Below the pieces are notes generated by a model. The model was given only the letters and a program-made list of their open reading frames with translations. It ran no database searches and was not told where the DNA came from. A stretch of DNA of 32,000 nt from Candidatus Saccharimonadota bacterium (GTDB lineage: Bacteria > Patescibacteriota > Saccharimonadia > Saccharimonadales > Saccharimonadaceae): contig CP011211.1 of assembly GCA_001029695.1 (NCBI GenBank), positions 720,001 to 752,000 of the forward strand, written 5' to 3'. A program made the position numbers and the translations under genes. Positions within the stretch are counted from its first letter, which is position 1. Every line of letters begins with the position of its first letter. This document shows, piece by piece, positions 30,102 through 32,000 of this stretch.

Positions 30102-30141
30102 TTGTGGTGCGGATAGTCATTAATGATTGTCCGCACCACAA
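30102..30141. repeat. Perfect 12-bp inverted repeat forming a long hairpin, with no U-tail on either strand
   Basis: ttgtggtgcgga (30102-30113) pairs with tccgcaccacaa (30130-30141). The loop contains the palindrome tcattaatga. Confidence 0.7.
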
Positions 30142-30159
30142 GCTCAACCGATCTCCTCC

Positions 30160-30187
30160 TTCACATTTTTTGAAAATACAGTAAAAT
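30160..30187 (+). promoter_or_regulatory. Candidate mscL promoter TTCACA-16-TAAAAT
   Basis: The sequence reads TTCACAttttttgaaaatacagTAAAAT. The SD AAGGAG precedes ATG 30213. Confidence 0.4.
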
Positions 30188-30212
30188 AATCAACATAACT
30201 AAGGAGTATCCT

Positions 30213-30638
30213 ATGGCAGAGAAAAAGCAATCCAAAATACAGGCTGCAAAATCACACGCAACTGCACGTGCGCAGGCAGCGAAGGAAAAGGCAGCAGCGG
30301 TAAAAGGAGCTGGCAGTAAACATGCTGGCGGGTTTGCCGAATTTATCCGTACGCAGGGAGTGATTGGCCTTGCGGTTGGTCTTGCTATCGGTACTGCCGC
30401 GGGTGACACCGTCAAGAAGCTTGTAGAAGGCTTTATCAACCCAGTCGTCCAGTTTATTGTGGGCTCTCAAGAAGGCTTACAGGCTGCCGTATGGCACTTT
30501 GAGGCATTTGGACGAAGCGCTGATTTTGCTTGGGGTGCGTTTGTATCTTCGGCAATTACGTTACTAGCGACTGCACTTGTCATTTACTGGTTGGTTCATA
30601 TTTTGAAGCTCGATCGCCTCGATAAAAAGAAAGAGTAA
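30213..30638 (+). CDS. mscL: Large-conductance mechanosensitive channel MscL with an N-terminal Lys/Ala-rich extension
   Basis: FAEFIRTQGVIGLAVGLAIGTAAGDTVKKLVEGFINPVV matches the MscL TM1 signature, and a second TM lies near the C-terminus. Confidence 0.85.
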   Translation: MAEKKQSKIQAAKSHATARAQAAKEKAAAVKGAGSKHAGGFAEFIRTQGVIGLAVGLAIGTAAGDTVKKLVEGFINPVVQFIVGSQEGLQAAVWHFEAFGRSADFAWGAFVSSAITLLATALVIYWLVHILKLDRLDKKKE

Positions 30639-30661
30639 TCTCTAGTGAATTTTTCTGAAAA

Positions 30662-30689
30662 ATACCGCCACTGTATGGCGGTATTTTTT
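30662..30689 (+). terminator. Intrinsic terminator after mscL
   Basis: ataccgcca-ctgta-tggcggtat followed by ttttt. Confidence 0.85.
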
Positions 30690-30693
30690 GCCG

Positions 30694-30699
30694 TATAAT
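30694..30699 (+). promoter_or_regulatory. -10 box TATAAT, 6 nt upstream of msrB ATG 30706 (candidate leaderless)
   Basis: The sequence reads TTGCCGTATAATaagagtATG. Confidence 0.4.
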
Positions 30700-30705
30700 A
30701 AGAGT

Positions 30706-31104
30706 ATGACGATGGATAAAACCGAAAGTGAATGGGAAGACGAACTGACGCCCGAGCAGTACCATGTGCTGCGTGAAAAAGGCACTGAACCTGCGTTTAC
30801 AGGTGAGTATGACAGTGTTTTTGATGACGGCGCGTATAGCTGTGGTGCGTGTGGTGCAAAACTTTTTGATAGCGAGACGAAGTTTGATGCGGGTTGCGGA
30901 TGGCCGAGTTTTTATGATGCGATCCCCGGAACAGTGCTGCTGTCTCCTGACGATAGTTTAGACATGGAGCGGACTGAGGTGACATGTATGCGCTGCGGTA
31001 GTCATCTTGGGCATGTCTTTGAGGGTGAGGGGCTTGATGTACCGACAGATCAGCGGTATTGTATCAATTCTCTGAGTTTACAGTTTACCCCTGATATTTC
31101 GTAG
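30706..31104 (+). CDS. msrB: Peptide-methionine (R)-S-oxide reductase MsrB
   Basis: Two zinc CxxC pairs (CGAC, CMRC), the catalytic RYCINS and GHVF. The ORF track start at 30688 is a non-ATG extension. Confidence 0.9.
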   Translation: MTMDKTESEWEDELTPEQYHVLREKGTEPAFTGEYDSVFDDGAYSCGACGAKLFDSETKFDAGCGWPSFYDAIPGTVLLSPDDSLDMERTEVTCMRCGSHLGHVFEGEGLDVPTDQRYCINSLSLQFTPDIS

Positions 31105-31117
31105 TACAATAGGGAGT

Positions 31118-31663
31118 ATGACGAAAAAAGCAAAAATACTCTGGATGGATCTAGAGATGACTGGTCTTGATCCGATCGAGGATCGAATTCTTGAGGTCGC
31201 GGTAATTGCGACTGATTGGGACTTTAATGAGATCGCCACGTATGAAGGCATTGTAAAGGTGGGGCCGCGATTGGTGGAGCGCCGCTTGAAGGTAGGGCAG
31301 GCGTTTTGGGATGCTCATCCCGAGGCACGCGATGGATTAGTCCAACAAAACCTTACACTGGGCCGTTCGGGGCGAGTGATTGAGGATGAGCTACTGGCGT
31401 TTATAGGTGAGTATTTTGATGGCGAGAAGCCGGTTCTACTTGCAGGTAATTCGATTCATCAAGACCGACGATTTATCGTCAATGAGTGGCCACGACTCGA
31501 TGGGCGGCTGCATTATCGCATGCTCGATGTAACTGCATGGAAGGTGGTTATGGAAGGTAAGTATAAAAAGCGCTTTGCAAAACCAGAAGAGCATAGAGCG
31601 CTGGGTGATATTCGCGGTAGTATTATGGAATTAAAGTATTATTTAGGAAAAGTAAGAGTATGA
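31118..31663 (+). CDS. orn: Oligoribonuclease
   Basis: DEDDh motifs: WMDLEMTGLD, GNSIHQDRRF and HRALGDIRGSIMELKYY. The SD GGGAG precedes the ATG. Confidence 0.9.
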   Translation: MTKKAKILWMDLEMTGLDPIEDRILEVAVIATDWDFNEIATYEGIVKVGPRLVERRLKVGQAFWDAHPEARDGLVQQNLTLGRSGRVIEDELLAFIGEYFDGEKPVLLAGNSIHQDRRFIVNEWPRLDGRLHYRMLDVTAWKVVMEGKYKKRFAKPEEHRALGDIRGSIMELKYYLGKVRV

Positions 31664-32000
31664 CACATAAAGATATTGAAGAGTTTTTGTTTAGCTTGCC
31701 GAAGGTGTGGCTTGATTATCCATTTGGTGAGGGATCGGCGGTATATAAATACGGAGACAAGCCAGATGGTAAGATTGTTGCGATTGTTGCTGAGAATACG
31801 AAGCCTCTTCGCGTAAGTCTCAAGTGTGATCCTCAGCTCGCCGAGGTGCTTCGGGAAAAGTACGAGACGGTCGTGCCAGGATATCACCTCAGTAAAAAAC
31901 ACTGGAATACAATTCTTTTGACAGGGCAAATGCCTGATCAGGAAGTGCTTGATTTGGTACGACTCAGTCATCGTCTTGTCTCAGGTGAGCTAACTATCGC
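31660..32000 (+). CDS. MmcQ/YjbR-family protein, 5' part (continues beyond the window)
   Basis: ATG 31660 overlaps the orn stop (ATGA). The frame stays open to the window end. The translation MTHKDIEEFLFSLPKVWLDYPFGEG...LRVSLKCDP...VVPGYHLSKKHWNTILL fits the YjbR family pattern. Confidence 0.7.
   Translation, partial: MTHKDIEEFLFSLPKVWLDYPFGEGSAVYKYGDKPDGKIVAIVAENTKPLRVSLKCDPQLAEVLREKYETVVPGYHLSKKHWNTILLTGQMPDQEVLDLVRLSHRLVSGELTI

Noticed and set aside
31639-31971. A 110-aa minus-strand ORF at the right edge of the window.
   Set aside because: The plus strand carries an open frame from ATG 31660, overlapping the orn stop as ATGA, with a clear YjbR/MmcQ-family sequence. The minus ORF is its shadow.
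1-32000. An alternative genetic code (UGA recoding, as in some CPR lineages).
   Set aside because: Conserved genes end at TGA, TAA and TAG with normal lengths (for example orn ends in TGA), and no in-frame TGA interrupts recognisable genes.

Overview
This window looks like chromosomal core DNA from a small-genome bacterium with a Gram-positive-type envelope. I infer a Patescibacteria/CPR, Saccharibacteria-like organism from the gene content only: murE plus a FemX-type gene, an LPXTG surface protein, a type IV pilin and sparse metabolism. The standard genetic code applies, because TGA, TAA and TAG all terminate normal-length genes. All coordinates were counted by hand and may be off by a few nt.

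Recognisable genes, in order:
- murE (3' end)
- FemAB-family transferase
- groES-groEL with a CIRCE operator
- PGI/PMI-family sugar isomerase
- MacB-type ABC ATPase and permease
- tRNA-Ser(GGA)
- fused membrane/spermidine-synthase-like protein
- nrdA and nrdB (the beta subunit has class Ic hallmarks)
- a fusion of a nucleoside-deoxyribosyltransferase-like domain to a YjjX-type ITPase/XTPase, followed by a YecM-like VOC protein
- zwf, pyrG, a type IV pilin, argS, mscL, msrB, orn
- a YjbR/MmcQ-family gene (5' part)

About a dozen ORFs have no family I can recognise. Several are membrane-anchored or surface proteins with Ala/Pro- or Pro/Thr-rich linkers. Many sigma70-like promoters (TTGACA-17-TAGTAT/TATAAT) and intrinsic terminators can be read directly. 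No CRISPR array, transposase, integrase or rRNA was seen.

Most interesting observations:
1. The nrd operon carries two unannotated small ORFs between nrdA and nrdB. One is 58 aa and ends in ...CEGCQ, while NrdA itself lacks the usual C-terminal redox cysteine pair.
2. tRNA-Ser is transcribed behind a roughly 180-nt leader that begins with a copy of the tRNA's own 5' part and contains a long-range helix.
3. A three-gene surface-protein region is present, including a sortase substrate.
4. A self-contained unit of promoter, 21-codon ORF and terminator lies downstream of argS.
5. At least eight genes have a -10 box 6-9 nt upstream of the start codon, which suggests leaderless mRNAs.
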